Below are positions 51,831-52,698 of a DNA stretch of 52,698 bases, piece after piece. The translations under genes and the position numbers were made by a program. Origin of the DNA: Dehalococcoidia bacterium. Its GTDB lineage: Bacteria > Chloroflexota > Dehalococcoidia > SHYM01. The first letter of the stretch is position 1. Each line of letters opens with the position of its first letter. The notes below the pieces were generated by a model. The model was not told the DNA's origin, made no database searches, and worked only from the letters and a program-made list of their open reading frames with translations. The stretch covers positions 1-52,698 of the forward strand of contig SHYM01000002.1 of the NCBI GenBank assembly GCA_009692805.1, written 5' to 3'.

Positions 51831-52698
51831 CTAGGCCATGGGGCAGACGCCGGCCGGGCAGACCTTGTCCCGGAGGTGGGCGTCGTACTCGCCCTTGAAG
51901 TGGCGGATGGTGGCGTTGATGGGGTTGGGGGTGAGCTGGCCGTGGCCGCACAGGGAGCCCGGCGCCATGGTGGCGCAGATCTGCTGGATCGTCTCCAGCT
52001 CGTGGGGCCGGGCGCGGCCGGTGGCGATGCGGTTGTAGACCTCCAGGAGCTGCGTCTGCCCCACCCGGCAGGGGACGCACTTTCCGCAGGACTCCTTCTG
52101 CGTGAAGGCGACGATGAGCCGCATCAGGTCAACCACGCAGCGCTGCTCGCCGGCGACCACGATGCCGCCCGAGCCCAGGGTGCCGCCGGTGCCCTGTAGG
52201 GACTCGAAGTCCAGCCCGTGATCGAACATGGTGGCGGGGAGGAAGCCGCCCAGGGGCCCGCCCATCTGCAATACCTTGGGCTGATGGCCGGAAGCGGGGC
52301 CGCCGCCGATCTGGTAAACGAGGTCGCGCACCGGATAGCCCATGGGCACCTCAACCAAGCCCGTGCGGGCCACGTCGCCGGAAAGGGTGATAAGGGCGGT
52401 GCCCTTGCTCCGCTCGGTGCCCAGGCCATTGAACGCTTGTGGGCCCTGGGCCAGGATGGCAGGCACGTAGGCCAGGGTCTTGACGTTATTGACGTTGGTG
52501 GGGCGACGCCAGAGCCCTTCCTGGGCCGGGAAGGGCGGCCGAGCGCGGGGCTGGGCGCGGTCGCCCTCCAGCTCCGCCAGCAGCGCGGTCTCCTCGCCGG
52601 CCACGTAGGACTCGCCGCTCTCCTGGACGATGATCTCGAAGCTGAAGCCAGACCCCAGGACGTTCTTTCCCAGCAGGCCCTGCTCCTTCATCTGCCTG
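51831..52698 (-). CDS. nuoF: NuoF-family NADH dehydrogenase flavoprotein subunit (3' part; the gene continues beyond the window end)
   Basis: Reads GLLGKNVLGSGFSFEIIV..GEETALLAELEG..RPPFPA..PTNVNNVKTL..ESCGKCVPCRVG..LCGHG. The frame is open to the window edge. Confidence 0.85.
   Translation of the reverse strand, partial: RQMKEQGLLGKNVLGSGFSFEIIVQESGESYVAGEETALLAELEGDRAQPRARPPFPAQEGLWRRPTNVNNVKTLAYVPAILAQGPQAFNGLGTERSKGTALITLSGDVARTGLVEVPMGYPVRDLVYQIGGGPASGHQPKVLQMGGPLGGFLPATMFDHGLDFESLQGTGGTLGSGGIVVAGEQRCVVDLMRLIVAFTQKESCGKCVPCRVGQTQLLEVYNRIATGRARPHELETIQQICATMAPGSLCGHGQLTPNPINATIRHFKGEYDAHLRDKVCPAGVCPMA

Overview
High-GC bacterial chromosome segment with a strong third-codon-position GC bias. 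Gene content and repeat type suggest a Chloroflexota-like organism, but that is inference only. About 55 genes look real and most are housekeeping. On the minus strand: rho, rdgB, moaA and an rnhA-moaC fusion; tal and pyrG; pyrD; tenA and glmS; cmk, plsC and ispH. On the plus strand: rpsF-ssb-rpsR, a parvulin PPIase, hom-tyrA-aroA-gmk, prfA, ilvA plus a HAD hydrolase, uvrB, and assorted oxidoreductases. There are four tRNAs: Ala-GGC, Ser-GGA, Ser-CGA and Arg-CCG. I found no rRNA, CRISPR array, intact transposase or recognisable defence operon. Most long ORFs in the supplied track are antisense or shadow frames of real genes, which is typical of high-GC DNA. The unusual content is as follows. 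(1) A Cheo-type LexA box sits exactly in the 17-nt spacer of a TTGACA/TATCCT promoter driving an uncharacterised coiled-coil protein. (2) A modular, hairpin-rich MITE-like repeat family occupies at least 10 intergenic sites. Some copies have terminal inverted repeats, and three copies have flanking 10-15 bp direct repeats. (3) A second palindromic repeat family has been absorbed in-frame into the 3' end of uvrB (about 126 extra codons) and into a DUF192 gene. (4) RNase HI and MoaC are fused into one reading frame. (5) Several truncated gene relics are present: a large serine recombinase next to tRNA-Ala, a ligase-associated beta-CASP exonuclease, a PorG-like subunit, and head-to-head dienelactone hydrolase and metallophosphoesterase fragments. 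(6) A hicB-hicA module, visibly more AT-rich, lies 3 nt upstream of uvrB. (7) Two genes apparently start at non-canonical codons (ACG and CTG). (8) A collagen-like lipoprotein sits behind a consensus promoter and a structured leader of about 150 nt. (9) A small cassette of unknowns at 36.2-38.6 kb includes an atypical receiver domain. All homology calls come from reading the translated ORFs against remembered family motifs. No search was run.
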